Shown here: one piece after another, positions 26,054 through 39,349 of the stretch
Position numbering within the stretch: the stretch's first letter is position 1
Layout: each line of letters opens with the position of its first letter
Assembly: GCF_004010195.1 (NCBI RefSeq)
Contig: NC_057755.1
Coordinates: 1,787,306 to 1,851,305, forward strand
DNA length: 64,000 nucleotides
Origin: Chiloscyllium plagiosum
Lineage: Eukaryota
Direction of reading: 5' to 3'
The notes under the pieces: model-generated
What the model was told of the DNA's origin: nothing
Seen by the model: the letters and a program-made list of their open reading frames with translations, nothing else
Databases searched by the model: none
Program-made: the position numbers and the translations under genes

Positions 26054-26590
26054 GCTGAAAATGTGTTGCTGGAAAAGCGCAGCAGGTCAGACAGCATCCA
26101 AGGAGCAGGAGAATCGATGGTTCGGGCATGAGCCCTTCTTCAGGAATGAGGAAAGTGTGTCCAGCAGGCTAAGATAAAAAGTAGGGAGGAGGGACTTGGG
26201 GGAGGGGCATTGGAAATGCGATGGGTGGAAGGAGGTCAAGGTGATGGTGATAGGCCGGAGTGGGGGTGGGGGCGGAGAGGTCAAGAAGAAGATTGCAAGT
26301 TAGGAAGGCAATGCTGAGTTCGAGGGATTTGACTGAGACAAGGTGGGGGGAGGGGAAATGAGAAAACTGGAGAAATCTGAGTTTATCCCTTGTGGTTGGA
26401 GGGTTCCTTGGCGGAAGATGAGGCGCTCTTCCTCCAACCGTCGTGTTGCTATGGTCTGGCGATGGAGGAGTACAAGGACCTGCATTTTTTTGGTGGAGTG
26501 GGAGGGGGAGTTGAAGTGTTGAGCCACGGGATGGTTGGGATGGTTGGTCCGGGTGTCCCAGAGGTTTTCTCTGAAACTTTCCTACTTGCG
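26054..26590 (-). mobile_element. Penelope 3' end (GIY-YIG C-terminus + pLTR with damaged hammerhead)
   Basis: ORF 26300-26527 AQHFNSPSHS..MQVLVLLH..RRLEEERLIFRQGTLQPQGINSDF. Terminal 26054-26146 matches the mini-elements at 2665 and 7399, showing their Penelope origin. Confidence 0.88.
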
Positions 26591-26599
26591 GAAACTTCT

Positions 26600-26822
26600 T
26601 CGTTTTCAAGAAGAGGACAGTGCATGAACGGAATGAGCTGCCAGAGGAAGCTGACAGGCATGTACAATTATAACATTTCAAAAGGCATTTGGTTATGTAC
26701 ATGAATAGTAAGGGTTTAGAGGGATAAGGGTCAAGTGTTGGCAAATGGGACTGGGTGAGCTCAGGATATCTCGTCGGCATGGACAGGTTGTACCGAAGAG
26801 TATGTTTCCATGTTGTACATTG
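26600..26822 (+). mobile_element. CR1 3' fragment
   Basis: ggaatgagctgccagaggaag...atgaatagtaagggtttagagggata...gtttccatgttgtac CR1 3' end. Confidence 0.75.
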
Positions 26823-27614
26823 AACTGAGACATTCAGTTGATTTGATGATTTGTTCAAGAGCTGCTTGTACAGTGACGTGGGGGTCCACCAAAGGCTGAC
26901 ATTGCATCACTTTAAAGACAAGAGGTGCAGACAGAGAGACAGAATTGGAGACTTTTATTTACCACCTTTTAATTAATTAAAAGTGCATCCCATTGAAGGC
27001 CGAGCTGTTCATACATAGACGCACACAGGCACACATACAGACAGACAGACACTCACACAGAAACACATGCACACATACACATACACACATACAGAGAGAG
27101 AGAGAGAGAAAGATCACACAGATGTACGAACACCATCACACTGACGTATACGCACACAGACAGAAATCAACGAGCAGAGATAGGCTCACTTGACATTCTG
27201 AACATTATGCAAGCCCCCACACTTCTGGCTTAACCCTATTATATTTCCACTTTCCTTCATTTGTGATGCAAAGACATCAGCTGGAATTGTTCATTCTGTT
27301 TGTTTTCACCTATTCCATCCGACCTGCTGAGTATATTCAGTTATCAGTATGGTCCCTGACACACAGTGTTCCCTGACAGATTTATGGGATTGCCAGTCAG
27401 CGAGTCATTTCTTTAAACCGCAGACAAACTGTGTATCCTGTGCCTAGCAAACGTGATAGACGGGGAATACATGTTTAACAGTGATTGTGCACACATTATA
27501 TCTTGAGATGTTTCCTCCTGTGCGACATTTGAACCAGTTTGAGGAAACCAGATGGTGAATTGTGATTACACCAACAGAGTCAGAGAGATGTACCACGGAA
27601 ACAACCATTCGATC

Positions 27615-28400
27615 CAACTCATTCACGCTACTCAGATATCCTAAAAAAAATCTAGGACCATTTGCCAGCATTTGACCAAAAGCCTTGTAAAACACTTCCA
27701 ATTCATATACACTCCCAGATGGTTTATACCCATTGCGTATGCATCAGTCTCTACCACTTTCTCTGGCAAATCATTCCAGACACACACTCTCCTCTGCAGC
27801 TAAACATTGCCCCTGCGGTCCTTTTTTTTGTATCTCTTCACCCTATCCATGTCCCTCATGATGTTACAAACCTCTAAAAGGGTACACCTCTGTTTATGAA
27901 AATCCAGGAGAAAAAAGTCCTTGCCTATTCAGCCTCTTCTTACAGATCAATCTTTTCCAATCTGGCAACATCCTTGTGGAACTTTTCTAAACCCTTTAAC
28001 GTTTCCGAACTTCTTTCCTGTAACAGGATGAACAGAGCTGCAAGCAGTCTTCCAAAAGTGGCCCAACCAATATCCTCTACAGCTGCAACATGTTTTCCCA
28101 GCTTCTATAATCAATGCACTGACCAATAAAGGAAAGCCTACCAAACATCTTTTTCACTATCCTCTTTATCTGCGAATCCACTTTCAAGGCACTACGAAGT
28201 TACATCCCAAAGTCTCTTTGTTCAGTAACACTCACCAGGACCTTACAATTAAGCGTATAAGTCCTGTGCTGATTTGTCTTTCCAAAGTGCAGCACGTCAC
28301 ATGCATCTAAATTAAACTCCATCTGTCACCTCTCTGCCCCTTAGGCCATCTGATCAAGGTCCCGTTGTGCTCTGAGCTAACCTTCTTCTTTGTCGGTTGC
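27615..28400 (-). mobile_element. Decayed CR1 3' portion
   Basis: Reverse complement reads WQMEFNLDACDVLHFGK through to the 3' UTR. Confidence 0.8.
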
Positions 28401-28626
28401 ACCTTGAACTGTGATGTATTTCTCAGCTCCTATTCAAATTCATAATTATGTTGAAAAACATTGTCTGATAGCTGTAGTTTATTTCGCTCAACTTTATTTT
28501 CAGAAACATTTATTATTAGCCAGTTGTCCATGTGTATTCCATACTGCAGAAAGAGTTTAAACAAATTGAAGCTATGTTGAAATAAAGTACACCTGATCAA
28601 CCAAAACTGTGTCGACAGAAGCAGAG

Positions 28627-29516
28627 TTAACGTTTCGAGTCCATCAACTGAATTAATTTCTAAACTGGATTTTCTACGGCATCTTTCAACTAGTCTCTGA
28701 AATTTCTCTGCGTCATCACATAAACGAATGCGTTTGTGAAGCAATTTAAGTCCAGTAGCACATATCCGACTTGTTGAAGGAGAGAAACAGCAGCAGAATT
28801 CAAGAAATAAGCGACATTGCAACAACTTAAGACAAAAATCAACTAGAAAACTATGAAGCTGGCGCAAATGGCAACGAGTAAAACCAGGCAATTCTGTCTG
28901 CTCTCTATCTCTGGGGCATTTTCTATTTTTCTCTGTCCCCTCAGTCCTTTACGCATCTTAATGGCCTCAAAGATGTGTCTGACGGTCAGATCATTAATAA
29001 GGAGAGTTAAAGTGAATGGGAGAAATGGTGTTAAAAGACGTTCAAAGTATTGAAAACTATTCCACAGGGTCATTACCATAACTGGACATGGTATACCAGT
29101 AACATGAAATAGTGTTGCTGGTTGTTACAGGTTTAAATCCAAATTAGTTGGGAATGTTTTATTTTAAATCAAAGAAAATACAGATGTTTACTAGAACTCT
29201 CATCAAAGTTTTTTTTTCTGTGCAATACTTAGATTTCACCTGAAGAAAACAAATGGTGATAATTAGATCAAAATAAAAGGTAACAGTGAACCAGACAGAA
29301 CAATCAATTATCAAGCAGGTCAGGGCATAGCTAGGAGAACAAGCAGGAGTAATTTTCAGGAAACAATGTGCATTATAATAATGTGAACATTTCAAGAGTA
29401 CGATATAAAAACAATCAGCCGGAGATCAAACGCTGCCCTGGTCACCAGATAGCGACTACTGCATTTAGAAAGACTACACCTGCACCTCGCCAGGAATACA
29501 ATTAGTACTAGAGGAG
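28627..29516 (-). pseudogene. GPR139-like: GPR139/GPR142-like class A GPCR, coding exon 2 (TM1 end to TM7), disabled
   Basis: After acceptor ttcttttttgctttaattctcttgcag: PLVLIVFLARCRCSLSKCSSRYLVTRAAFDL / FLKITPACS..DCSVWFTVTFYFDLIITIC..KSKYCTEK..LK*NIP / WNSFQYFERLLTPFLPFTLTLLINDLTVRHI..RKGLRGQ..PEIESRQNCLVLL..SFIVF*..QQVGYVLLDLNCFTNAFVYVMTQRNFRD*LK..NPV*. Matches the chondrichthyan GPR139-like pattern. At least 2 frameshifts, 5 internal stops, DRF changed to DLI. Confidence 0.93.
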
Positions 29517-30689
29517 CTGCAAGAGAATTAAAGCAAAAAAGAAGTTACTGATCAAGCATTGTCTGTGGATGAGCCCTGACTGTAAATACTGACAAAAAGA
29601 AAATTGTTGTTCCATGTCATATAAAGTTTAAAGAACATGAAACACACAAACAAATAATTTGAAGATGAATCATTTAGAGGTTTCCAGATATGAAGGGAAG
29701 AACATGAGAAGTAGATTGCTGACAGATGAATGGTCATTTCGTGAATATTGTTTTGGGCTCAGCAGTGGTTGATGATATTTCCTTTATAAGTTATTCAGAC
29801 TTACTAGAGTTCCCCATAATACCAGAACATCACACTAGAATAACTGGGATCAGTAAAACTAAGAAGAGTAGACAACTAACACATTCATTGATAACAGAAT
29901 TACTGTATTCCTTTTCGGAGCCTGCACAGATCATATTGTTTCCAGAATTGTAAAATCACGCTGTATGAACAATATCACAGGGTATTTGATCGCTCCACCG
30001 TGTCCAGCAATTGAGGTCCGCCATAATAATAATGAACAAATGATCGGGCATTGAATCCCTACCTCATGTAATGTATTGAATATTCTGGCTATCTGATCTA
30101 TGAAGACATTCTGCAGTGAATCCAACCACCGTGTCCCAGGTTAGATACCAACCACAATCAGAAATATTTCAACATTTGAGAACTATCCAAGTTTGTACAG
30201 CAAAGTCTTCACCCAAATATATATATACAGCATTGGTCTTTGCAAATTTCAGTTTCAGTAACCACACTTGATGTGAAATTAATAAAACGTTCCGATCTGA
30301 TGTTAGGGCTCACGCACGAAGCTCCTCTCCTAGGCTCTCGCCTTGGCGATAGTGATCACCCTCTCAGACTTGGTGTGCACAGTGGAGATTGAAAGCCTCA
30401 TGATTTAAACAGCTTTGTCCATGGATCACCAGAATGATGCAGAAAAGACGACCATGTGGCCCGTTGAGTTTGATATGATCCTCCAAAGACCAAGCAGCCA
30501 ATACCACTCCCGTTGGCAGGTTGCTTTTTTAAATCATGGCAGTTAAAGAAAAATGTGTTAATTCCACACAGACGGCAGCACAAGACTGAAATTAAACTCC
30601 GGCCTCTGGCACTGTGAGGCAGGAATGCTAACCATTGTGTCACAGTGCCACTCTTTACACATGTTAATTCAGGCGAATGTTACAGATTG

Positions 30690-31045
30690 TGGAAGACGAT
30701 GGCCTTATGGTCTTATCACCACACTGTTAACTCAGAAACTAAGATAATATTCTGAGAAGCTATGGCCGACATTCACAATGGCAGATGTCGGAATTACATT
30801 TAAAATACAAATATGGGATTAACAATCTAATGACGGCGATGAAATTGTCATCAAGTGTCTGGAAAAATAGCCATATCGATCATTGATATCCTTTAGGGAA
30901 GGTATTCTCTCATCCTTACCTGCTCAGACCTATATGTGACTCCAGACTCAGAATAATCTAGTTGACTCTTACTTACCTTCTGTGCAATTAGGGAAGGGTT
31001 GTAAGTGTTGGTCAACCCAGTGATACCCACATCCTTTTACTGATT
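30690..31045 (+). mobile_element. Decayed tRNA-derived SINE with L2-like tail, in the GPCR intron
   Basis: cctttagggaagg...ccttacctg...atgtgactccagac...gttgactcttact...gcaattaggga; its duplicate lies at about 62370-63140 (-), split by a CR1. Confidence 0.7.
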
Positions 31046-31469
31046 AAGAGAAAGTGGAGCTCCCTGTGTACAGCCAACTCCCCAGTGCACATGACTGCTC
31101 CCTTTTTAGACCATTCCGTGGGATTAGATACACCTGCACTGAGTACATTGTCACAAATATGAAATGAACTACTCCAGACTCAATCGTGTTTCGAAGATTC
31201 AAAGTTGTTACCTGGAGTAGAGAAGTTCAAACTACCTACTAGCACCCAGCACTAACAACTGCGGCAAACAGAGCTGTACCTACGGCTTTGTGACCAGCAG
31301 GAGTTGGGAAATTCAGGTAACTCAGCAAAATAGCTATGAGCAAGCACCCAGCCTTTTGCGCTGAACATTTATCCTCCTCTCTGCTCTATGGCACGTTTTC
31401 TTGAACAATAACCGCCGCTTACATTCAGAGATACCCCCTTGCAGATTTGGGAATCGTGATTATTTTTAA

Positions 31470-32560
31470 ATGCACACATGGAATGTGAGTTTAGTGGGTC
31501 GGGCAGTGTACATTATCTAGCTCCATGTGCTCTTCATTATAACATTGGAGATCTACCTTTGCAATCATCTACATTCCTTGGGGTGGAGGAAAAACCACAC
31601 TGATTTTGGGAGAGTGTTGTAGAATTTGAACCCAGCAAGAATGATGCACTAACAGTACATTTCCGAATCAGAATGACATCTGGCTTGAAAAGGAACTTGT
31701 ATGTGATTACATTTCTATGCATCTTATGATCTCGTTGTCGAGGTGCTGGAGGTCATGGGTTTGCGAAATGCTGCTGAAACAGACTTGGAGTTCCATCCTG
31801 TGAAAGGTGTATTTTGTTCATCACGCATGTTATTAATGAAGGTAATGAGTATTCATTGTGATGCTGTGCACACTGATGAAGTAGCTGTTTGTCTTGCAAA
31901 ATGTGGAGCTTCGTGAGTGTTGTACTCAGTGTGGCATTTGAGTCGCTCTCAGCCAGATGCACGGAGAGAATTCCATCCTACCCGTGAGCCATGCTGTCTG
32001 GATGATGCACATGGATATTAGGGACAGGCGGGTTATTTACTGCTACAGTAATCAGAGTGTCTGATATATTCCTGTGACTATAACACTTGCAAGGTTGGAC
32101 GAGGTAATCCTCCTGTCAATAGTTGACCCAGGTTGTTGACAGTCGTGCATTCAGTGTTTGTAATGTCATAGCAAGCCAATGGAAGACTGGCAGTTTATCA
32201 CTTTCTGAGATTTTTTTTCTTGGTACTTGTGGTACGCCAATGATATTTGTCAATTAACACCCTCCTGGATGTTGCATATAGAAACAGATTTCTTCAATAC
32301 CTACTGAGTCATAGATAGTGCTGATCATTGTGCAATCATAAGCAAGCATCTCTAACTTCGAAATTACGATGGGAGAAATGGCATTGATGAGGCATCTGCA
32401 GAGTTGGGGCCGAGCTCATGGTGCTGAAGAATTCCTGCAGAGATGAACAACAACTGCGATGACTGGCCTATAACAGCCGGGACAATCTCCACTTGTAGTC
32501 AGGATGAAAACGAAGACAGTTGTAATCTCATTGACTCAAGATTTTTGATGGCTCCTTATT
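31470..32560 (-). mobile_element. Decayed L2/CR1-clade LINE 3' portion in the GPCR intron
   Basis: Reverse complement aligns with 59110-61900 (shared tctgcaggaattcttca and ctcacattccatg). Confidence 0.7.
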
Positions 32561-33992
32561 GTGAACCTCTGCTCATAATTTATATGTTGAAGAACTGAAT
32601 ATTTCTTTTCAAGAATTGAAGTTTAATTGTAAAAATAGGCGCAATTAATTGAGGAACTGATAATCAATGCTTCTGTAAATTCAAGTCAAACAATGCTGAG
32701 CTTGGTGGACAGGGGATTTAACATATGATTGTGTTGGAAGGTCAGAGGTAATGGTACAAAAAGCATGCAACGTGTTCCAGAGTATGGGCTTCCAGTAGTG
32801 TCAGAATATTTGTCATTGTCACACTAAAAGAAGAGAAATGTTCACAATGAGAAGAGAAATGCTCACCATTCTGGAAATTGAATTTCTTAGCTTTGTTAAG
32901 ATGTTTAGAGACTAGATAGGACTTTGTCATACAAATGTGGAAATGATATGGGAGAAGCTTGCATTGTATATTGAAGTACCATGTTAAATATTCTGTATTC
33001 TGGTTTGATATTTCTGTGCAATAAACTTCAATGATTGATTATTAGCTTGATTGTTAGCCATAGTCATTATATTGCAAGTAATAAATATTGTTATAAGTTG
33101 AAACAGTCATGTTTTTTCATTCGGATTAGAGTTTTTTATTTTTATATGTTGCCTTAAAACTGACTAATGTACGTTCTTTTTCAAAGCCTGCTCCTCCCAA
33201 GGTGGATGCACACCACAAAGCTAAAGGTAGCGATCTCTGCAAAATTAACTCTGCAAAGATTATGCATTAGAGATTAAACATTGTTAGTCTTAATGGAACC
33301 AGAAACAAATGTGAAACCATAATAACATTTCCAGCTCTATATTCATGCTTGCTGACGTAATTAGTGTAGCCATGTATCACAACTTCTCTTAAACTTGCTA
33401 GAAGATTAGTTAGTACCAAAAATGTTATTTACATTAATACAAAGAGTCTATAGAGCATTTTATTGAAATAGCATTATCGCTCCGCCATTTTCAGTTAATG
33501 AAAAATATCACATCTGTTTATCCCAATGGCACATTTCCCTTTGTAGACTTTGTATCAAACATTTACAATCAGCTTGCGAAGATTTTCCCATTTGCAATTC
33601 AGTGTATATTTGCAAACTACAATAATAGCTTCAGCAGTGGACAGAACAGAAATGAGGAACGTGGAATGAAGCACCACGTGTTTTATGTCGTCATGGTCTT
33701 CGTCACCACTTTGGTAAGATATTCCATTTCATTCAGTTCCACACAAGCAGGTAAATTCTATCATTAGGGATACTCTGCCTTGCACAAGACAACTGAGGTA
33801 AGTTGTTCCACTCAGATTAGTAACTCTTAGTCAATGTAATTTTACTTTGAGAGATGTTCCATAACACGAGCACACTGTGGTTACTTGTTCCACTTTGGCT
33901 CGAACCCACATTTAGTAAAATTATTAACAATCATATAGTGTAAGTAATTAGGATTTTGCAGATATGTTAACAGAATTTGCTAAAAGACTTAC

Positions 33993-34049
33993 CAGAAATA
34001 CCAATAATGACAAGAATGGTGCCAGACAGCTTTGCCTTGGAAGATGCAT
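33993..34049 (-). pseudogene. GPR139-like: GPR139-like coding exon 1 (frameshifted), partner of exon 2 at 29516
   Basis: ggttgtttcataaacaacaacATGCATCTTCCAAGG...ACCATTCTTGTCATTATTGGTATTTCTG|gtaagt aligns with 52716-52809. It is 57 nt rather than 67 nt, so the TILVIIGIS-G frame is out of phase with the ATG. Intron 33992-29517. Confidence 0.85.
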
Positions 34050-34640
34050 GTTGTTGTTTATGAAACAACCGTTCCCTTCCTGCTGCTGGCAACCTATCAG
34101 AATTGGAGAATTCTTTCATAATTTGAGCAAACATATTTTTAAATATTATGTGGCATCTTCACTAGGAAAACTTCAATTCACCTTGAATTTGTTTTCTTTT
34201 AAAAAGAGACATTGCAACAACAGGTTTATTTTAATAATGTCGCCTCATTGAGATTTTCGTCTCTAATTAAGTACAAAAAAGACTGGATATATCTTATCCT
34301 GTTAGGTCTCAATGTCAATTCCAATTTGCCTTCAAACAAGAACATGATTTCCATCATTCTGATCAATATCTAAACACCTCATTGCAGTGATGACCTTCTT
34401 TCTGATGAAGCAATTCAGACTTTCAATACCTCATGTTGTAGACGTCCTCCAGACCTGTTCAGGTAAACACTGTATCCCATTGCTTCTCTTGTCAATTCAG
34501 TTGTACAACTCATTTGGGAAATTCTATCTGTAGTCGAGCACACCAATAGTGAACCTAAAGGTGACAAACAACAAGTGGAACTTACACTAATTTATATTTT
34601 CTCAAAACAACGTATGGACAGAACTTTACCTTCAGGATTC
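34050..34640 (-). promoter_or_regulatory. Upstream/promoter region of the GPR139-like pseudogene
   Basis: Colinear homology with 52110-52736 (+), including the exact 19-mer attaaaataaacctgttgt (34235-34217 vs 52539-52557). Confidence 0.6.
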
Positions 34641-36190
34641 TAGAATGACAGAATCGTATCGATCAGAAGAGGCCGTTCAGTCCATCATGATTGTTTCGCC
34701 CCAGACTCTTGAAGGTTATGACATTTCACGTTTTCATCCAAGTAGTTTTTAAGGCTGTGAGGTTTCACATCTTATCTGGCATTCCACCCAGAACAGTGCA
34801 GCCTTCTGTCATCCCCAGTGAGAAGACATTTCTCCATGCTGCCTCGAAACGTCCAGCCTTTCAGCTTAAAATAATGCATCGTTGTTATGACCCTTCGACT
34901 AAGGGGAGCAATTCATTTATATTCACCCATTCCACGCTACTCATAGTCTTACACATCCCGATCTCTTCTCTAAAGAAAGTACTCTGAGCTTATGAAGACT
35001 CTATCTTCATTGGTAAATTGCTACACACAAAGCAACATTATGGGTAATCTCCTGTGCATTCCCTGTAATACAGTCACATCCTTTTCATGGTGTTGTGACC
35101 ACAAGTGCAAATAATACTCTACCTGTGGCCTAACCAAATTTCTATAGACCTTGGGATCTTGGTGTCCATGTACACAGATCTCTGAAAGTTGCCACCCAGG
35201 TAAATAGTGCGGTGAGGAAGGCATATGGCGTACTGGCTTTTATTGGTAGAGGAATTGAGTTCCGGAGTCCTGAGGTCATGATGCAGTTGTATAAGACTCT
35301 GGTACGGCCGCATCTGGAATATTGTGTGCAGTTTTGGTCGCCATACTATAGGAAGGATGTGGAGGCATTGGAACGGGTGCAGAGGAGGTTTACCAGGATG
35401 TTGCCTGGTATGAAAGGAAAATCGTATGAGGAAAGACTGAGGCACTTGGGGCTGTTTTCACTAGAGAAAAGAAGGTTTAGGGGTGACTTGATTGAGGTGT
35501 ACAAGATGATTAGGGGGTTAGATAGGGTCGACAGTATGAACCTTTTCCCGCGTATTGAGTCGGGTATTACAAGGGGGCATAGCTTTAAATTAAGGGGGGG
35601 TAGATATAGGACTGATGTTAGGGGTAGGTTCTTCACTCAGCGAGTCGTTAGTTCATGGAATGCCCTGCCAGTAACAGTGGTGGACTCTCCCTCTTTATGG
35701 GCATTTAAGAGGGCATTGGATAGGTATATGGAGGATAGTGGGTTAGTGTAGTTTAGGTGGGCTTGGATCGGCGCAACATCGAGGGCCCAAGGGCCTGTAC
35801 TGCGCTGTATTCTTCTATGTTCTATGTTCTATGTTCTACCTCCAAAAGGATCTTCCTGTTGTTATAATCTAAGCCTCCACGATAAAGTCATGTGTCCTGC
35901 TTGCCTCCTTACCAACCACATTTACCAGTCCTGCCCTGTTTAGCGATCTGTTGGCAATGACGTCAAGATGTTTCTATTCCTCTGACTTTCCTAGTGTGCT
36001 GCCATTCTTTCGTTGTCTTAGGATTTTAGCCAAAGTGCATCACCTCACAATTACCAGGATTCAATTTCACCTGCCGCTGATTTGACCATCTGACCAAACT
36101 GTTTGTATCTATTTAGCCCAATACCATAATCCTCACTGTCAAGCAATTAGTCAATACTTGTGTCATCATGAAACCTACATATCAACCTCC
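34640..36190 (-). mobile_element. Old CR1 3' portion upstream of the GPCR pseudogene
   Basis: YRNLVRPQVEYYLHLWS..KDVTVLQGMHRR, FHDDT, CEVMHFG on the minus strand; split by a younger CR1. Confidence 0.8.
35145..35838 (+). mobile_element. Young 5'-truncated CR1 with open ORF2 C-terminus
   Basis: 179-aa uninterrupted ORF (LYKTLVRPHLEYCVQFWSPYYRKDVEALERVQRRFTRMLPG...FFTQRVVSSWNALP) and a perfect (TTCTATG)n tail. Confidence 0.95.
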
Positions 36191-36359
36191 ATCTCACTGC
36201 TACACAGTGCTTGGGGAAAGGGTTTTGGCGGGCAAAGTCAAGAGAACAATGTTAGAAGAGTGGAAAAGCTAAGGACTTAAGTCAGGTGGAGGGGGTGGCA
36301 AAGTTAGGGGGCGCTATTCATCCCAGCTGAAATTTAACTCGAAGTGGAGAGTTGCAATA

Positions 36360-37920
36360 ATTTTGGATGCAGTTTTGCTCGCTGAGCTGAAAGGTTCATT
36401 TCAAGACCTTTCATTATCTTACTAGGTAACACCTTCAGTGAACTTTATGCAAAACAATGCTGAAACTTGCGGCTTTCTATTTATATGTATGGGTTTTTTT
36501 GGGTTGGTGATGTATTTTCCTTAGGTGATGTTATTTCCTGTGGTCACATCTTGTTCCTTTTCTCAGGGGTGACAGATGGGTGTGTCGATAGAGTTCTGTT
36601 TGGAATGCCATGCTTATAGGGATTCTCGTGCACGTCTTTGTTTGGCTTGTCCAAGGATGAAAGTATTGTCCCAGTTGAAGTGGTGTCCTTCCTCTTTCGT
36701 ATGTGAGGATGCTAATGAGAGAAGATCATATCTTCTTGTGGCTAGTTGGTGTTCATGTATCCTGGTGGCTAGTTTTCTGACTGTTTGTCCAATGTATTAC
36801 TTGTTACAGTCCTTGCAAAGGTATTTTAAAAATGACGTTAGTATTGCTCATTGTCTGTATAGAGTCTTTCGAGTTCATTAGCTGCTGTTTTAGTGTGTTG
36901 GTGGGATTGTGGGATAACATGCTTCCAAGGGGTCTGAGTAGTCTGGCAGTCATTTCCGATATGTCTTTGATGTAAGAAAGAGTGGCTAGGGTTTCTGGAC
37001 TTGTTTTGTCTGCTTGTTTAGGTTTGTTGTTGAGAAATCGGCTCACTGTGTTCATTGGGTACCCATTCTTTTTGAACACATGGTATAGGTGATTTTCTTC
37101 TGCTCTGCGTAGTTCCTTTGTGCTGCAGTGTAAGTTGGCTCGTTGAAGTAATGTTCTGATACAAGTTCGTTTGTGGATGTTGGGATGATTGCTTCTGTAG
37201 TTCAATATTTGGTCTGTATGTGTTGTTTTTCTGTAGACGCTGGTTTGAAGTTCCCCAATGGCTGTTCACTCTAATATGACATCTAGGAATGGCAGTTTGT
37301 TGTTGTTTTACTCCTCTTTAATGACTTTTATGCCAGTAAGGGTATTATTGTTGATTTTGAAGGTTTCCTCGAACTTGTTTCTTTTAGTGATGACAAAGTT
37401 GTCATCCACGTAGCGGACCCTGAGTTTGGTTTGGATGGTTGGCAGAGCTGTTTGTTCAAGTCTCTGCATTGCTGCCTCTGCTAAGAACCCTGATATCGGA
37501 GTTCCATTGGTGTTTTATTGGTATGTCTGTACATTTTGTTGTTGAAGGTCAAGTGGGTGGTAAGGCATAGATCCACTAGCTTGATGATATTCTGCTTGTT
37601 GATGAAGTTAGTGGTGTTCGGTGTCTGTGTCTTTGGGTCTGCTCATAGTGGAGTCAGTGTTTCCTTGGCCAGGTTAATGTTGATTGAGGTAAACAGGGCT
37701 GTTACATCAAAGGAGACCATTATTTCATCCTCTTCTATCTTAGTGTCTTTAATGGTCTTCAGGAATTCATGGGTGGAGTGGATGGAGTGGCATGAACCTT
37801 CTACTAAGTGTTTTAGACTTTCGTGTAGCTCCTTGGCCAATCCGTACGTTGGTGCTCCAGCTAGCGAGACTATGGGTCTGACAGGGTCTCCTGGTTTGTG
37901 AATTTTTGGGTAATCCATCG
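36360..37920 (-). mobile_element. Penelope element (RT + GIY-YIG + pLTR), decayed
   Basis: PKIHKPGDPVRPIVS, MVSFDVTALFTSI, VRYVDD, LNYRSNHPNIHKRTCIRTL, NVIFKIP; pLTR tail at 36360-36445. Confidence 0.93.
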
Positions 37921-37924
37921 AAAC

Positions 37925-38465
37925 CAGAATTGGATTCAATTCTGGTCTCCTGTATTGTTAAGGATGTTGTCAGATGTGAAAGTGTTCAGAAAAGATTTAC
38001 AAGGATGTTGCCTGGTTTGGACGGTTTGAGCGATATGGAGAGGCTGAATCGTTTGGGGCTATCATCCCTGGAGCATCAGAGTCTGAGTGCTGAGCTTACA
38101 GAGATTAATAAAATTATGAGGGGCATCGATCGGGTCAAAAGCCAAGATAATTTTTTTCCTGGTATTGGAGTGGCCAAAGCTAAATAGTCTAGGTCCAAAT
38201 GGAGAGAGGAAAGAAATAAAATTGACCAAAAATTCAACATTTTCAGGCAGAGGGTGGTGCGGATATGAGATGAGCTACATTAGGAAGTGGTGGAGGCTGG
38301 TTAAATTATAACATTTGAAAGGGATCTGTATGAGTACATGAATAAGAAAGTTTGAAAGGAATAAGAGCCAATTGCTGAAAAATGGGACGATATTGATATA
38401 AGTTATCTGGTCGGCAGAGATGAATTGGATGGAATGCTCTGTTTTCATGCTGAATATCTTTCGTA
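37925..38465 (+). mobile_element. CR1 3' fragment
   Basis: KDVVRCESVQKRFTRMLPGLDGLS..RLNRLGL and a CR1 3' UTR. Confidence 0.85.
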
Positions 38466-38599
38466 TTCTTTGACCCACACCCAGATATCTGTTATTCAAG
38501 TACAGACACTGCTAATCCCTCAATTAGATTTCAGTCTCTAACTTACACGCAGGTGACGCTAACTCTGCATAAAAACCACCATACACCACTTAATATGAC

Positions 38600-39345
38600 T
38601 TCACCCTGTACTGTGAGTACAGCAAGACTGTGATCTTTTGGATCAGTGGGCCGAGAAATGGCGGTTAGAGTTGAATGCTGTTAAATATAATGGTATGCAT
38701 TTTGAGAAGACGAACGAGACAAGGACTTACATAGTTAAAAGTAGGAACCAGGGAGAGCGTGCAGGTGCATAGTTCCACGGAAGTTGTGTCAAATGTAGAC
38801 AGGGTGGTGAAGAAGGCGTTTGGTATGCTTGGCTTCATGGATCAGACCATGGAATCCAGGCCTTGAGCTGTCATGTTCCGTCTGTACTAGACATTGGTAA
38901 GACCACATTTGAAGCACTGCTTACCATTTTGGTCGCCATGTTGTTGGAAGCATGTTATTAATCTGTGAGCTGTGCAAAAAAAAAGAATGTTTTCAAGACT
39001 GGAAGACTTGAGTAGTAAGGGGAGGCCGGAGAGGCTGGGATATTTCTTTTCGCAGCAGTACAGGAGGCTGAGGGGTAACTCATCGAGGTTTATAAAACTA
39101 TGAAGGGCATATATTTAACGTGTTGGGGAAAGAAGTAAAAGGGCCCTGAGATGATTTTATTAACACAGAGCTGGTGTATATGTAGGGCGAGCTGGCAGAG
39201 GGAGGTGAGTCAAATTAAAAGATTTAAAGGACATTACGACAGGGAAAAGAATAGGAAAGCCCCAAATTGGACTAGCTCAGTTTAGGAAACCAGCTCAGCA
39301 GTTGGGCTAAAGCACCTGTTTACGTGCTATATGACTCTATCATTT
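38600..39345 (+). mobile_element. Decayed CR1 3' portion
   Basis: QWAEKWRLELN, VKKAFGMLGF, LY*TLVRPH, tail ctatatgactctat. Confidence 0.8.
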
Positions 39346-39349
39346 CTAA

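Noticed and set aside
26169..26858. 229-aa ORF, the longest in the track
   Set aside because: Chimera of antisense CR1 3' end and off-frame Penelope sequence.
28430..28891. 153-aa ORF as a separate gene
   Set aside because: Alternative frame over the GPCR pseudogene C-terminus and 3' flank.
29805..29888. ATG...gtaagt segment 288 bp upstream of exon 2 as exon 1 of the pseudogene
   Set aside because: Three in-frame stops and 84-nt length; the exon at 34049-33993 has far better homology to 52737.
33652..33713. Plus-strand MKHHVFYVVMVFVTTL|gtaag as a leader or GPCR exon 1
   Set aside because: It is the antisense of intron sequence homologous to about 56190-56250, where the ORF and donor are not preserved.
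33840..33880. V(D)J recombination signals (several CACAGTG/CACTGTG heptamers in the window)
   Set aside because: None of those checked has a nonamer at 12 or 23 bp and no Ig/TCR segment was found.
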